IMG/VR virus record: IMGVR_UViG_3300006923_003182
Span: 1-64,000 of that record
DNA: 64,000 nt
DNA from: an uncultured virus (IMG/VR IMGVR_UViG_3300006923_003182)
Lineage: Duplodnaviria > Heunggongvirae > Uroviricota > Caudoviricetes
Reading direction: 5' to 3' (one strand)
The notes beneath the pieces were generated by a model. It did not search any database. It was not told the DNA's origin and saw only the letters and a list, made by a program, of their open reading frames with translations. Position 1 is the stretch's first letter, and every line of letters starts with the position of its first letter. Positions 8,233 through 18,240 of this stretch are shown one piece after another. The position numbers and the translations under genes are program-made.

Positions 8233-10656
8233 TTACCGTCTGCGTCTCTTGTCTATGATAGAGCCGCGCTGAAGCTTGTTAAAGCCCGACTTCTTCTTCT
8301 TGATTTTTCTGTGAACCTGGTCGGCAACGGTGTTAACGTTATCCTCTTCAAGATCGAGGGTCATTGCTGCCACTCTTCCTTTTTCTTTTTGGCCGGCGAC
8401 CTCTGCCTGCATTCTGCTCTCTTGTTTGAGGCTTTCAATTCGGTCCCTGGGAAGCCCGAGTCCGGCGAACCAAGAGTAAATCTTTATGGAATCGGAGTCA
8501 CTCTCTATGTCGTATACTCCCTGGAATACGGAGGCTCCGTTTGTTTGCTCTGAAATCATATGAAAACAATAATTTATATTTATTGCCGGAAGCTTGTTAA
8601 GAACGCCCTCTGGGGCTGAAATTATAACTCCACCGACCCTAGTCTGAGAGATGTCAAAGCCAGATGCCAACATATTCCCACTAAGACTCTCTATTACCGC
8701 CTCTGCTAGCGCCGTCTCCTCCATATAATCTTCAACTTCAATCATCCCATAAACAGAGCAGTCTCCGCATGAGATTATCTTTCCAAAGTCACTTGGATCC
8801 ATTGAAGTATATCGAGACGGACGAGACGTAAGTGTATTAAATACATGAAGCGGTTCAACAATTGCATTGTTAGATACGCTCCAAAAGTTATTCTGACTGA
8901 GGTTAGAATAAATTTGCTCGATTCTCGCATTATCAGCCACAATAAGACTCGAAACCATATTGTCAGAAGTCATTCTTGCAAGTCTAGAAAGGGTTTCTAT
9001 CGAGTTTCGCTTAGACCGGGCGTCCTCGGTTGCCTTCGGAAGAATGTAAATCACCCCCACTGGCATGCCGGTCTCAAATAACATCCCCACCATAGTGTCA
9101 ACGCTTGAAGAGCCCGTTCCGCCGCCGCCCGATATTGCCAAATAAACCATGTGGTTTCCCGCAGCAACGTCTCCTACGAACTTATGTATATCGGACTCGT
9201 TTTCTTCAAAAATCTCTCGACCAAGATCCAGATCCTTTCCCGTCCCACCAAGACTGCCCTCAAGAAGCAGCTTCTGAGTGGGAAGAACATCTATAAACTC
9301 CAGGTCTTGCGCGGAAGTATTAATTACTCCAACGTCATATCCTTTTTTATGCATTGTTTCTGCAATTCTCGACCCGGCCTGACCGACACCTATTACTGCT
9401 ATCTCAATGCTGACAGACTGCTGAGTTATTATGCTTGGCACATCGTCCTCCATAGTTTTGCTTACCTTGGCCCTTAGAGCCTCAAGGACGTTTTCATCCA
9501 AAGAGCTTCCAGAATCTTCGGGCTGCTCTGTCGAATCATCAAAGGCGTCCATGAGTGCCTCATTTTCAGCCTCAATTTGCTTTGTTTTTTTCGTCTTCTT
9601 CTTTATCTTTACATCTTTGACGCTAGTTTTCTTCGCTGTCATAAAATCCTCATAATAGCTCTTGAGCTGTGTTAAAATTTGATATTCGCTGGTTATCGCA
9701 AATTTTACCGGAGTTTCGTTTGCATTATACGAAATAACATCACAAAGATACTTGGAATGTTTATTCATAGGATCGGCATTCGTAGTTATTATATCACACC
9801 CCATCGCAGAGGCCTCATAGAGACTCATGCCCAGACCCTCTCGGGTTGACGGCATTAGCACACAATGAGAATTGTCATAAATACTAACCAGGTCTTTCGA
9901 CACTAATATAGAATTTATTAGTATGATATTCTTACATTTTTCAGCCAGGGCCCGATCCCTATCAGAAAGAAGCCCGCTTATTGTCAGGGTTGTGCTCGCT
10001 CCAGAGTTAGTTGAGAATTTCGTATATGCCTTAATTACTTCTGTTGTATTTTTCTGACTAAACGATGGGTTTGTAGACCCGGGATGAAAAAATCTTATGC
10101 CAGAAAGGTCTTTTTTGTCTACCTTTCGAGAAAAGGTGTCTTGATTTACGTAATTCCAGGACATTTTTTTTGCGTTTTCATATTTCCCAAAGATCTCTTT
10201 TGATGTATCTGTCAGGCACCATATTTCATCAAACGTTCTGTATGAATTGTTATCTATATACCTCTTTATCGACCACTCCGGCATTGGTATGTCTATAATT
10301 TTCAAATTTGGGTTGCCCGTCCTGGCCCTTGTTGTCCATTGAGCCTTCGGCATGAAGGTTTCGAATGATATTATAAGATCTATATTATTTTTGGCAACAA
10401 TATGTTCGATCCGAGTAGTTTGCGCGACAATTGTCAACCCGGCATGCAGATTGGCGTCGTTTGGCCGGGGGTACACCGGAGAGAATCCCGCCCGGCCATG
10501 AAGTCTTTTGAACTTTGGCTTTGCAGTATAAATAACTTTATTGTTTTTCGACAGCATGTCTCCAAGAGATTTCGCCAAATAATAAAGACCCGACTCGAAT
10601 AGATACGTCTTTATTAGAATGCTCTTGTTTTTAATGTTATCTACTTCGCTATCCAT
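8233..10656 (-). CDS. GT4-like glycosyltransferase fused in frame to a tubulin/FtsZ-family GTPase
   Basis: N-terminal PSTREGLGMSLYEASAMG (GT4 E-x7-E); C-terminal IGVGQAGSRIAE, INTSAQDL, GGTGKD, GGGGTGSS, DN, SMDPSDF tubulin/FtsZ motifs. Confidence 0.85.
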   Translation of the reverse strand: MDSEVDNIKNKSILIKTYLFESGLYYLAKSLGDMLSKNNKVIYTAKPKFKRLHGRAGFSPVYPRPNDANLHAGLTIVAQTTRIEHIVAKNNIDLIISFETFMPKAQWTTRARTGNPNLKIIDIPMPEWSIKRYIDNNSYRTFDEIWCLTDTSKEIFGKYENAKKMSWNYVNQDTFSRKVDKKDLSGIRFFHPGSTNPSFSQKNTTEVIKAYTKFSTNSGASTTLTISGLLSDRDRALAEKCKNIILINSILVSKDLVSIYDNSHCVLMPSTREGLGMSLYEASAMGCDIITTNADPMNKHSKYLCDVISYNANETPVKFAITSEYQILTQLKSYYEDFMTAKKTSVKDVKIKKKTKKTKQIEAENEALMDAFDDSTEQPEDSGSSLDENVLEALRAKVSKTMEDDVPSIITQQSVSIEIAVIGVGQAGSRIAETMHKKGYDVGVINTSAQDLEFIDVLPTQKLLLEGSLGGTGKDLDLGREIFEENESDIHKFVGDVAAGNHMVYLAISGGGGTGSSSVDTMVGMLFETGMPVGVIYILPKATEDARSKRNSIETLSRLARMTSDNMVSSLIVADNARIEQIYSNLSQNNFWSVSNNAIVEPLHVFNTLTSRPSRYTSMDPSDFGKIISCGDCSVYGMIEVEDYMEETALAEAVIESLSGNMLASGFDISQTRVGGVIISAPEGVLNKLPAININYCFHMISEQTNGASVFQGVYDIESDSDSIKIYSWFAGLGLPRDRIESLKQESRMQAEVAGQKEKGRVAAMTLDLEEDNVNTVADQVHRKIKKKKSGFNKLQRGSIIDKRRRR

Positions 10657-10698
10657 TTAAATATCTTACCATAGTGCATTATTTTAGACCAACTTATC

Positions 10699-10723
10699 TC
10701 ATTCTACTCTTGAATATTAATAG
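10699..10723 (-). promoter_or_regulatory. conserved intergenic motif CTATTAATATTCAAGAGTAGAATGA (putative phage promoter/operator)
   Basis: 10699-10719 matches 31992-32012 at 20/21 nt; both lie in short gaps upstream of minus-strand genes. Confidence 0.6.
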
Positions 10724-10726
10724 CGA

Positions 10727-11671
10727 TTAAAGAGAGCCGAGAATTTCGCAATACTTAGAAAACAAAGCCTCGGATGAGAAGTTTTCAACGGCATACTCAT
10801 AAGCTCCAGCCTTCAAATTTCCACGAAGCCTTTCATCTTCCATTATTTCAATTATTGCCTCAGAATAGTCCTCAATCGTCTTATTAACGATGATTCCGGT
10901 CTCATAGTTTTTGCCATGCAAATATATTTTAGGATGAGTTACGGAGCAGACGCCAGACGCCCAACTCTCCATAAGGGTTTGGGATTTTGTTTCAGATATT
11001 GACGTACCAACGTATAAGCTGGCGCTTTTAGCTAAGTCAATATGATCAGAATATGAATATGGAGAAGGGTGCCCTATAAATTTAAAATCATATTGTGGCA
11101 AAGCCTTTTCCAACTTCAGGCCAAAGCCTATATCTTTCGCAAAATGCTTAGAGTTTCCCTTCCACATAATAAACCCAGCATCATTATCGCTAGGCTTCCA
11201 CAGCTCCATCTCTGGCCCAACAATGAGAGTCGACATTTTCCTCAAATCAAATTTATGTTCTTTCGCTATTTTATATTTCAACCTATCATTTACAGATAAC
11301 ACATAGTTCGGAGCAGCCATCCCAAGTAGTGTCGATTCTCTCTTTAGATCTACACAGTCCAAGACGTTTGGGCCCATTATCAACGGAGTCCCAGTATTAT
11401 TTGAAATCTTTCCGGCGACTCGATAATGCCCCCCGCTGCCGCTCCAATGATGAGCATAGTCAGACCCCTCAATGCTTCTTTTTAGTCTTGCGATATCTAC
11501 AATTGAGTAATAATTAATTCCATCAAGTTTTTGCTCTACTTTTAGTGTGGTAAATATATCTATTTGAAATCGTTTATCCATTGCCTTTATAAAATTATAC
11601 AGGGACATTCCGGGGCCATTTGTAAACCGCCTTGTAGCCCCTACATTGAATGCAAAAATTGTTATTTTCAT
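10727..11671 (-). CDS. GT4-family glycosyltransferase
   Basis: SISETKSQTLMESWASG E-x7-E motif; C-terminal ETGIIV...FS GT-B signature. Confidence 0.75.
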   Translation of the reverse strand: MKITIFAFNVGATRRFTNGPGMSLYNFIKAMDKRFQIDIFTTLKVEQKLDGINYYSIVDIARLKRSIEGSDYAHHWSGSGGHYRVAGKISNNTGTPLIMGPNVLDCVDLKRESTLLGMAAPNYVLSVNDRLKYKIAKEHKFDLRKMSTLIVGPEMELWKPSDNDAGFIMWKGNSKHFAKDIGFGLKLEKALPQYDFKFIGHPSPYSYSDHIDLAKSASLYVGTSISETKSQTLMESWASGVCSVTHPKIYLHGKNYETGIIVNKTIEDYSEAIIEIMEDERLRGNLKAGAYEYAVENFSSEALFSKYCEILGSL

Positions 11672-12525
11672 TTTAAGATTTTACCAACTTCACCTGTAAG
11701 CTTGGGATATATTTTATAAGACAATTCGAAGAGCTCGTCGTCAAAAAGCCCCAGGAATCTATCGTCTTTTAAATATCTCTTCCAGCGACTCAAAACTTTC
11801 ATTTCCTGAGCCGCCCCATTCTTCGTTGTTAGGTCAAAGCTGCTTCCAAACCCATTAGATGGTACCTTGGAGATTCCCTTGTCCGAAAAGTCCAAATCCA
11901 ATTTTTTGGATATTTGCTTTCGATACTTTTCTGACAAAAACCATTCGTTATAAGATATAGAAATCGAATCCCCAAGAAAAGATGTCTCTCCTAGAAGCTC
12001 TCTTGCATGCTCTTTCCATCTTTCCGCCATTCTATTGTCTGCCCATCCGATTTCGCTGGTTTGATCTATATTCTTTTTGATAGAGATTAGGCTCTTTCCT
12101 TCCTCTTTTCGAATGGTGTTATTTCTATCAAACAATCTTATTCTACTCGCAAATAAGTTAAACGGATCCCGCAAGATTAAGATCTTATATAGCCTCTTCG
12201 GCCTTCTCAGTTTCATCAGACTTTTTGGGTCCTTTTTGTACTTTATCATTCTTGCAAGAGATGAGTCTTCACAGTTAAATGCGAAGTATGGGAGGTTCGC
12301 CGGGAATGGAGACCCACTTCCGATTATTCGTCCACGATCCACATACATATTCGGCGGCTTGTGGCATATGATGTCATTATGAAAATAAATTGGCTCTTTA
12401 GTTTGAGAAAAAATCCAATGCATTACCGCATGATGTCCCGATCTTCTCATCGCATAAAACTCGAGTTGATTTTTTACCGACCGAAACTTACGACGACACC
12501 CCTTAAGCTTCGCGGCCATAATCAT
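11668..12525 (-). CDS. sulfotransferase-like protein
   Basis: MRRSGHHAVMHWI (5'-PSB-like) and ILILRDPFNLFASR (3'-PB-like). Confidence 0.6.
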   Translation of the reverse strand: MIMAAKLKGCRRKFRSVKNQLEFYAMRRSGHHAVMHWIFSQTKEPIYFHNDIICHKPPNMYVDRGRIIGSGSPFPANLPYFAFNCEDSSLARMIKYKKDPKSLMKLRRPKRLYKILILRDPFNLFASRIRLFDRNNTIRKEEGKSLISIKKNIDQTSEIGWADNRMAERWKEHARELLGETSFLGDSISISYNEWFLSEKYRKQISKKLDLDFSDKGISKVPSNGFGSSFDLTTKNGAAQEMKVLSRWKRYLKDDRFLGLFDDELFELSYKIYPKLTGEVGKILK

Positions 12526-12871
12526 CTTCTATGCGAACAACGTCGTCCAACTGATGCGTTGATACCTCAATCAATTCCACGTTTACTTCATTTGCGGCAA
12601 ACCGATGAGTCAGGCCGACCGGAACATGAAACGTCTGCCCTGGAAATAATTTTATTATCTTTAAATCCGTCATATCGTTGAACGCTCCCCTGGTGTGCAG
12701 ATAAAGGATTCCAGACTTAACCATTATGGTTTCTTCCTTTTCCTCATGATACTGAAACGACAGTTGGTGCCCAGCTTTAATGAACAATATTTTCCCCACA
12801 TATCCCGATTCGGAGCAAGACTTCGCCCAGATCTCTTCGTGTCCCCAAGGTTTTTCGACTTTACTTAGCAT
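12503..12871 (-). CDS. cupin (mannose-6-phosphate isomerase type II-like)
   Basis: VEKPWGHEE, LSFQYHEEKEET, HRF, EVST, DDVVRIEDDYGR. Confidence 0.85.
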   Translation of the reverse strand: MLSKVEKPWGHEEIWAKSCSESGYVGKILFIKAGHQLSFQYHEEKEETIMVKSGILYLHTRGAFNDMTDLKIIKLFPGQTFHVPVGLTHRFAANEVNVELIEVSTHQLDDVVRIEDDYGREA

Positions 12872-12872
12872 T

Positions 12873-15005
12873 TTAAGCCAAATCAGATAGCATGGGCTCC
12901 GTGACGTCCCACTTCTCTAAAATTTTATATAAATTAGCTATAGTTAAGCCTAAATGCTCTGCTGCTTTATTTTTATTACCATCAAACATCGACACGGCAT
13001 CTTTTATATCCCTTACCGTTTTGTCCTGAAACTCTCTCCTGTATACGCTCAGTAGCTTCATTTCGAGATCCATCATATATCGATTTAAAGTTGACGAACT
13101 AATCCCAAGCTCCCTGGCCGTAGTGGTTGCAATTCCGCCATTATTAATAAGAGCTATATCAATTTTATTTCTAATCTCATCTGGAGTTAGCGATTTTGGC
13201 ATATATCCTAAAATATCCACCCCGTAATATTCCAGCCGGGCGCTCAAGCCTCTATCATTTGTGCTTAGTGCCCGGGCCATTGCACTTTTATTGCCAAAAT
13301 TTTCCTCCAGTATTCTTATGAACTCCTCCCTACTGCTATCAAAATCTAAATCACGGTAGCTAATTCTACGCGCCTTTCCGCTTATTTCATATAGATCTAT
13401 ATTATTTCTTCTGACAACGGCTCTAATTCCACTCTCTGTTCTGTTTAGCTTTTTGGCAACAGCGTTTACGTCTCCATTTAGCTCATAAAGAGCAGCAACG
13501 ACATCCTCCGCCGACACTGGCTGCTCATTATATAGAAGATCACTTTTATCAAATTTATATTTTTTCATCTTAGTGGCAAATGTGGCCGAGTGCATGTTGA
13601 TCATCCGGGCCGCCTCGGCAATTGAGTGGCTGGATTTTAGTGCATTTAAAATGCTACTCGATTCAGCGTCTTCTACTCTCTTTTTTATTTCATCAATATT
13701 TATCCCGAGCGTCCTCATCTCAATTCTAAGCGTTATTCCGGGCCTTTTTATTTTTCTTGATGTCTCTTTTACATTCCCATTGTTAGCAATCAGCGTGTCA
13801 ATAATAATCTTCTTTCTCTCTTCGTCTTTTTTTGTATCCCTGTAATCTTCCGGGTTTAGCCCAAACTTATCCGCATAATGCGCTAAGCTCTGGTACTTCA
13901 CTCCCATCAACTTGGCGGCAAGAACTCGGTCTCCATTTGCCTCTACTAAAAACTTTTCTATCTCTGTTATCTTTCTCCTCTCTTCTGCCGCTCGCTCTTT
14001 TTCTCTTTCCTCTTTGATGATGTTTTTTGCATCAGAGATTTTACTACCAAAATCTGGATGTGCCTCTTCAAATATGTCGATGACTTTTCCCTTTAGCCAC
14101 CAGGCCGCATCTATAACTTCCAAATCGGCAGCCTCCATGGAGTCCATATAATTTATGATTTCAAATTCTGGTTTAGACTTTATTTTGTCAGAATAGTAAC
14201 TATTACTCGCACCAGAGGGATACGGAGAATGGGGATCGCTCTTCAGTATGTTGCACCTATTTCCGCCGCGAGCATGGTCTTTTCCATATTTTTCTTCAAC
14301 ATCTTTATATATCGAAACCTCAACTCCCAAGAATCGCCTTCTAAAGGACTCCTTGGACTCGCCATCGCTCCTCTCTATGGGCTCTAGGTGGACCATTTCT
14401 ATCGGCTTATGGAGCGTAGTCCAGGCTGCGCCACATCGAATATGAGAATTGCCCTCGGTATAATCCGCTGACATCTGATTTGGACCGCCGCCCGCCGCGG
14501 GACCATCAGAATTGGGGGAAAAAATATCACTTAAGCGCATCTTTCTGCTCATAAATTTTTCTACCGCGCCCTTGTCGAATGGCTCGGTATATAATTTTTT
14601 TATGGTATCAAGCCCGGCGGACGTTACATATAGACGGCCGATTTTGTGCTGTAAGAGCCGCGTGATGGGATTCTTTGCCTCTCCGACATACCAGTTGTAT
14701 ATCGGCAGGCCCGTTAGTGCGTCGACCACTTGTTTTCCGTCAACTTTGTTTTCTAATTTTAATACATATATGTAGTGAACGCCATCTTGCAGCGGCCCCA
14801 TTGCTGAAACCTCCTGCCCCGGCCCTATCCCTAGGTGTGGGATCGGAACTCTGCCGCGCGCGCTCTTTGATATTAGATGACTATAGTCGCAGTTATATGG
14901 CATGAGCTCGCCGACGGCGGCAGCGGCGTCTTTCAGCCCCATGTCCTCCAATATGCCTCGTAATAGTGGGATTTTATTAAATCCTTTCATAGTAATAGGT
15001 CTCAA
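12873..15005 (-). CDS. GIY-YIG-like endonuclease with seven tandem Fis-type HTH modules
   Basis: HYIYVLKLE...WYVGEAKNPITRLLQH...GAAWTTLHKP...KYGKDHARGG; C-terminal repeats such as GNKNKAAEHLGLTIANLYKILEK; ATG 14990 is an alternative start. Confidence 0.7.
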   Translation of the reverse strand: MRPITMKGFNKIPLLRGILEDMGLKDAAAAVGELMPYNCDYSHLISKSARGRVPIPHLGIGPGQEVSAMGPLQDGVHYIYVLKLENKVDGKQVVDALTGLPIYNWYVGEAKNPITRLLQHKIGRLYVTSAGLDTIKKLYTEPFDKGAVEKFMSRKMRLSDIFSPNSDGPAAGGGPNQMSADYTEGNSHIRCGAAWTTLHKPIEMVHLEPIERSDGESKESFRRRFLGVEVSIYKDVEEKYGKDHARGGNRCNILKSDPHSPYPSGASNSYYSDKIKSKPEFEIINYMDSMEAADLEVIDAAWWLKGKVIDIFEEAHPDFGSKISDAKNIIKEEREKERAAEERRKITEIEKFLVEANGDRVLAAKLMGVKYQSLAHYADKFGLNPEDYRDTKKDEERKKIIIDTLIANNGNVKETSRKIKRPGITLRIEMRTLGINIDEIKKRVEDAESSSILNALKSSHSIAEAARMINMHSATFATKMKKYKFDKSDLLYNEQPVSAEDVVAALYELNGDVNAVAKKLNRTESGIRAVVRRNNIDLYEISGKARRISYRDLDFDSSREEFIRILEENFGNKSAMARALSTNDRGLSARLEYYGVDILGYMPKSLTPDEIRNKIDIALINNGGIATTTARELGISSSTLNRYMMDLEMKLLSVYRREFQDKTVRDIKDAVSMFDGNKNKAAEHLGLTIANLYKILEKWDVTEPMLSDLA

Positions 15006-15030
15006 ATTATTAGTAAGGATTTAGAATTCA

Positions 15031-15357
15031 TTAAAATGATACACTCTCGCCGCAACCGCAAGTTCTATCTGCCTTTGGGTTGTTGAATACCAGGCCAGAT
15101 TTCAAAAGGTCTTCTTCGTAGTCAATTTCCACTCCATTTAAGAATAAATAAGACTTCATATCAATACAAACTTTGACACCGTTGAACTCAAACACCTTAT
15201 CCCTCTCTTCGGGCTGGTCTATGAATTCATATTTGTACATATAGCCAGAGCAGCCGCCGCCCTGAAGTTTTATTCTAAGATAGTTATCTGGTGTTTGCCG
15301 CTTCATTAGAAGCGATCTTACCTTGTCCTGCGCAGGTTGTGTCATTGTAATTGCCAT
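15031..15357 (-). CDS. iscA: Fe-S cluster assembly accessory protein IscA/HesB
   Basis: GGGCSG, FNNP, TCGCGESVSF. Confidence 0.95.
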   Translation of the reverse strand: MAITMTQPAQDKVRSLLMKRQTPDNYLRIKLQGGGCSGYMYKYEFIDQPEERDKVFEFNGVKVCIDMKSYLFLNGVEIDYEEDLLKSGLVFNNPKADRTCGCGESVSF

Positions 15358-15368
15358 TTTGTGCCAAC

Positions 15369-15632
15369 CTAGTAGTATGGGTTTGTGCCAGAAAGGTGAT
15401 CGGTAACATCCTCAATCTCGCCGATATCTGGAAACACTTCTCTAAAATGTCTTTGGACTCCAAGCATCATAGTTATTTTTGATGATGCGCACCCATGACA
15501 CCCTCCACCCATTATTATTTTAAGTGAATTGTCACTTTCATTGAATTCATGAATGGAAATGTTTCCTCCGTGCATTTCTAAGCCAGAATTTATATCTTCA
15601 TCTATGATTTTCTGTATCTCTTCTTTATTCAT
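15369..15632 (-). CDS. NifU/NfuA C-terminal-type Fe-S scaffold
   Basis: HGGNI, GGGCHGC, EDVTDHLSGTNPYY. Confidence 0.9.
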   Translation of the reverse strand: MNKEEIQKIIDEDINSGLEMHGGNISIHEFNESDNSLKIIMGGGCHGCASSKITMMLGVQRHFREVFPDIGEIEDVTDHLSGTNPYY

Positions 15633-16017
15633 TCTCTATCCCACGTTTTTTCTTCCAATCACTGATTGCAGCCTTGATGGCATCTTCTGCAAGGACAGAG
15701 CAGTGAATTTTGACCGGCGGCAATGAGAGCTCTCTCGCAATATGGGAATTGGAAATAGCCTCCGCCTCATCGGTGGTCCTTCCGATGACCATGGTGGTCG
15801 CCAGTGAGCTAGAGGCCACGGCTGAGCCACACCCAAATGTCTTGAATTTTGCGTCCTCGATGATACCGTTGTCATTAATCTTGAGTTGCAGTTTCATCAA
15901 ATCGCCGCAGGCTGGCGCGCCTACCATGCCAGTACCAACATTCGGATCAGACTTATCTAAGCTGCCCATGTTTCTTGGACTGTCAAAGTGATCCATTACC
16001 TTGTCTGAATATGCCAT
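15625..16017 (-). CDS. iscU: Fe-S scaffold IscU
   Basis: MAYSDKVMDHF, GAPACGD, FKTFGCGSA, LPPVKIHCSVLAEDAI. Confidence 0.97.
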   Translation of the reverse strand: MAYSDKVMDHFDSPRNMGSLDKSDPNVGTGMVGAPACGDLMKLQLKINDNGIIEDAKFKTFGCGSAVASSSLATTMVIGRTTDEAEAISNSHIARELSLPPVKIHCSVLAEDAIKAAISDWKKKRGIENE

Positions 16018-16040
16018 TATATCTCCAGATATATATCTAA

Positions 16041-17024
16041 TTATTGGCCAATTGCGCTCAGCATTTCCAGGTCGTTCTCATACATCTCTTTTAATAGCGC
16101 CTTCCAGTCATATTCTGGGTCCCAGCCGAGCTTCTCTCGAGCCTTGCTCGCGTCTCCTAGTAGGTATGGGACATCTGACGGTCTCAGAAATCTTTTATCC
16201 AACTCATATACTTCTTCAAACTCCAGGCCGGCGAGATAACAAACGTACCTGAGCATTTCTCCTATTGTTGCTCCCGATCCTGTGGCTATGACGTAATTTT
16301 CCGGAGCTTCTTGCTGTAGCATCAGCCACATCGCTTTTACATAGTCCTTGCTGCAGCCTTCATCTCTAAATGCGGACAGGTCGCCCATTTTCAACGTATC
16401 TTGAAGCCCCAACTTAACGGAAGCAACTCCGTGAGTTATCTTTCGAGCTGCAAAGCTCACGCCTCGGCGCAGAGAAGAGTGATTGAACAAAATTCCAGAA
16501 ACGGCGAACAACCCATAAGCTTCTCGGTAATTATTTACGGACAGGTGAGCCGCACACTTAGAAATAGCGTAGGGAGAGCGGGGATTGAGGGGAGAGTTCT
16601 CGTTATACCCCTCCCTTGGGCAGTCAACTCCCCCTAGCATTTCGCTCGTGGAGGCTTGATAATAGCGAGTGGCCGGAGAGTAGTCTTTCAGCAAAGAAAG
16701 ATGCATTATCACGGCTTCTGCGTTTACCTGAAATACCTTTACCGGATTCACAAAGCTGTAACCAACATGACTGGCGGCCCCTAGGTTGTAAAACTCATGA
16801 GGCTGTACGTCATGGATCAACCGGCCGATAAAAATGGGATCAGAAAGGTCTCCCTCGGTGTAGTGGAAGTTTTCATCATCCATTAGATGAGCTATGTTCT
16901 CCGTTCCAGAATTAACGCTCTTGCGAATACTAACTCCAAATACCTCATACCCCTTACTTAGCAGAAATTCTGCCAAATATGAACCATCCTGTCCCGCCGT
17001 GCCTGTTATTATTGCCCTAAGCAT
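16041..17024 (-). CDS. gmd: GDP-mannose 4,6-dehydratase
   Basis: ITGTAGQDGSYLAEFLL, YQASTSE, PRSPYAISK, GILFNH. Confidence 0.93.
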   Translation of the reverse strand: MLRAIITGTAGQDGSYLAEFLLSKGYEVFGVSIRKSVNSGTENIAHLMDDENFHYTEGDLSDPIFIGRLIHDVQPHEFYNLGAASHVGYSFVNPVKVFQVNAEAVIMHLSLLKDYSPATRYYQASTSEMLGGVDCPREGYNENSPLNPRSPYAISKCAAHLSVNNYREAYGLFAVSGILFNHSSLRRGVSFAARKITHGVASVKLGLQDTLKMGDLSAFRDEGCSKDYVKAMWLMLQQEAPENYVIATGSGATIGEMLRYVCYLAGLEFEEVYELDKRFLRPSDVPYLLGDASKAREKLGWDPEYDWKALLKEMYENDLEMLSAIGQ

Positions 17025-17107
17025 TAAAGCTCCTTAATTATAGAATTATAATACTTCATATAAGGCATTTACTTTGTCTATTTTTTATCGAACAATAATT
17101 TTTAAAA

Positions 17108-17659
17108 CTATTTTTCCAAAATAACACTACCCGCCGAAGGTAGGTCATACAGCCTAACCTCTCCGCCTTTTGCTCCAAGGCTCCCGAACCCCCCGCCGCC
17201 GGGCTCAAGGCCTCCATCCTCCTCCGGGCCCATAGCTCCGGTAACCGGTCTCCCCGATTTTATTATTTCTTGTATTTCCATAATTGTTTCGTGCATATCT
17301 TCGGAATAAAACGGCAACCTATAAGATCTTGGATCTGATAACTGCCGGCGTCGAAAAAACTCATAAGAATCATCCAACTCTCCATCGGCTTCGCTTATCC
17401 ATAAAAATATTGCCCCCGGCTCTCCAGACGCCTTATTTGGACTTCTTGCCAGGGCCCAGTGTATTAAAAATTTATCTGGCAACCCGACCTCGGCGGGCCA
17501 TCCGGCCAAGTTCTCTAAAGATCGGGCGATATTGAGCGAAAACAAGACCGTAGCCGTTATCGCAACAAGCTTAGCCCACCACCTACCGCTTGATCCGATA
17601 ACAAACCATAACAATATTGACGCAAGGACTATAAATATCAAAGAAACCTCTATCACCAT
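17108..17659 (-). CDS. membrane protein (two N-terminal TM helices)
   Basis: hydrophobic N-terminus then GWP...PRSYRLP; co-oriented with the two upstream membrane genes. Confidence 0.7.
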   Translation of the reverse strand: MVIEVSLIFIVLASILLWFVIGSSGRWWAKLVAITATVLFSLNIARSLENLAGWPAEVGLPDKFLIHWALARSPNKASGEPGAIFLWISEADGELDDSYEFFRRRQLSDPRSYRLPFYSEDMHETIMEIQEIIKSGRPVTGAMGPEEDGGLEPGGGGFGSLGAKGGEVRLYDLPSAGSVILEK

Positions 17660-18240
17660 CCGATCCCTGTAAAATACTTTGGAATACTATTCGTCCCAAT
17701 TACCCGTCCTTCTCGATCCAATATAAACCTACAGGCAGTCTCTTCTTGCCCGCTGTACCTCATTAACAGGGTTCTTGAAGAAACTGTTCCAAATGGATTT
17801 ATTTTATCTATTGTAACCAGGACTGGAGTTTCTCCTTCGGTTCTTTTGATGTAAGCATGGATATTTACAACATATTCTCCCGGCATCATTCCCCTGATCA
17901 TAACGATCTCCCTGTTATCGCTATTATCTATTGATTCTGATATCGAGGAGGAGTAGGGATCAACTCCAAGGTCATCTCGATCTAAATGCATCATTCCCGC
18001 CTCCTGGTTTCTAAAGAACACAACATTGCCCTCTGGGTCTTCGACATAAATGTCTATATCATCGTTTCTGTCACCCGGCCATGATGCTGTGATTATAAAC
18101 TCGGCCCTCACGTCTATTTCGCTTGACTCTTTTTCTGGACTTACAATTAACAGCGCAATTGCGAATAGAGCAACAAAGCACAGAAGCGTATTAAATAAAA
18201 TATCAAGAAATGCCAAGTTTGAATGGTATGACCTTCCCAC
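17653..18240 (-). CDS. single-TM protein, ExbD/TolR/MotB-like N-terminus
   Basis: AFLDILFNTLLCF TM with conserved-type Asp; soluble DIDIYVEDP...LDRDDLG domain. Confidence 0.55.
   Translation of the reverse strand: MGRSYHSNLAFLDILFNTLLCFVALFAIALLIVSPEKESSEIDVRAEFIITASWPGDRNDDIDIYVEDPEGNVVFFRNQEAGMMHLDRDDLGVDPYSSSISESIDNSDNREIVMIRGMMPGEYVVNIHAYIKRTEGETPVLVTIDKINPFGTVSSRTLLMRYSGQEETACRFILDREGRVIGTNSIPKYFTGIGW

Noticed and set aside
17025..17107. Sigma70 promoter upstream of gmd
   Set aside because: TATAAT boxes are present, but I found no -35 at proper spacing; AT-rich chance match not excluded
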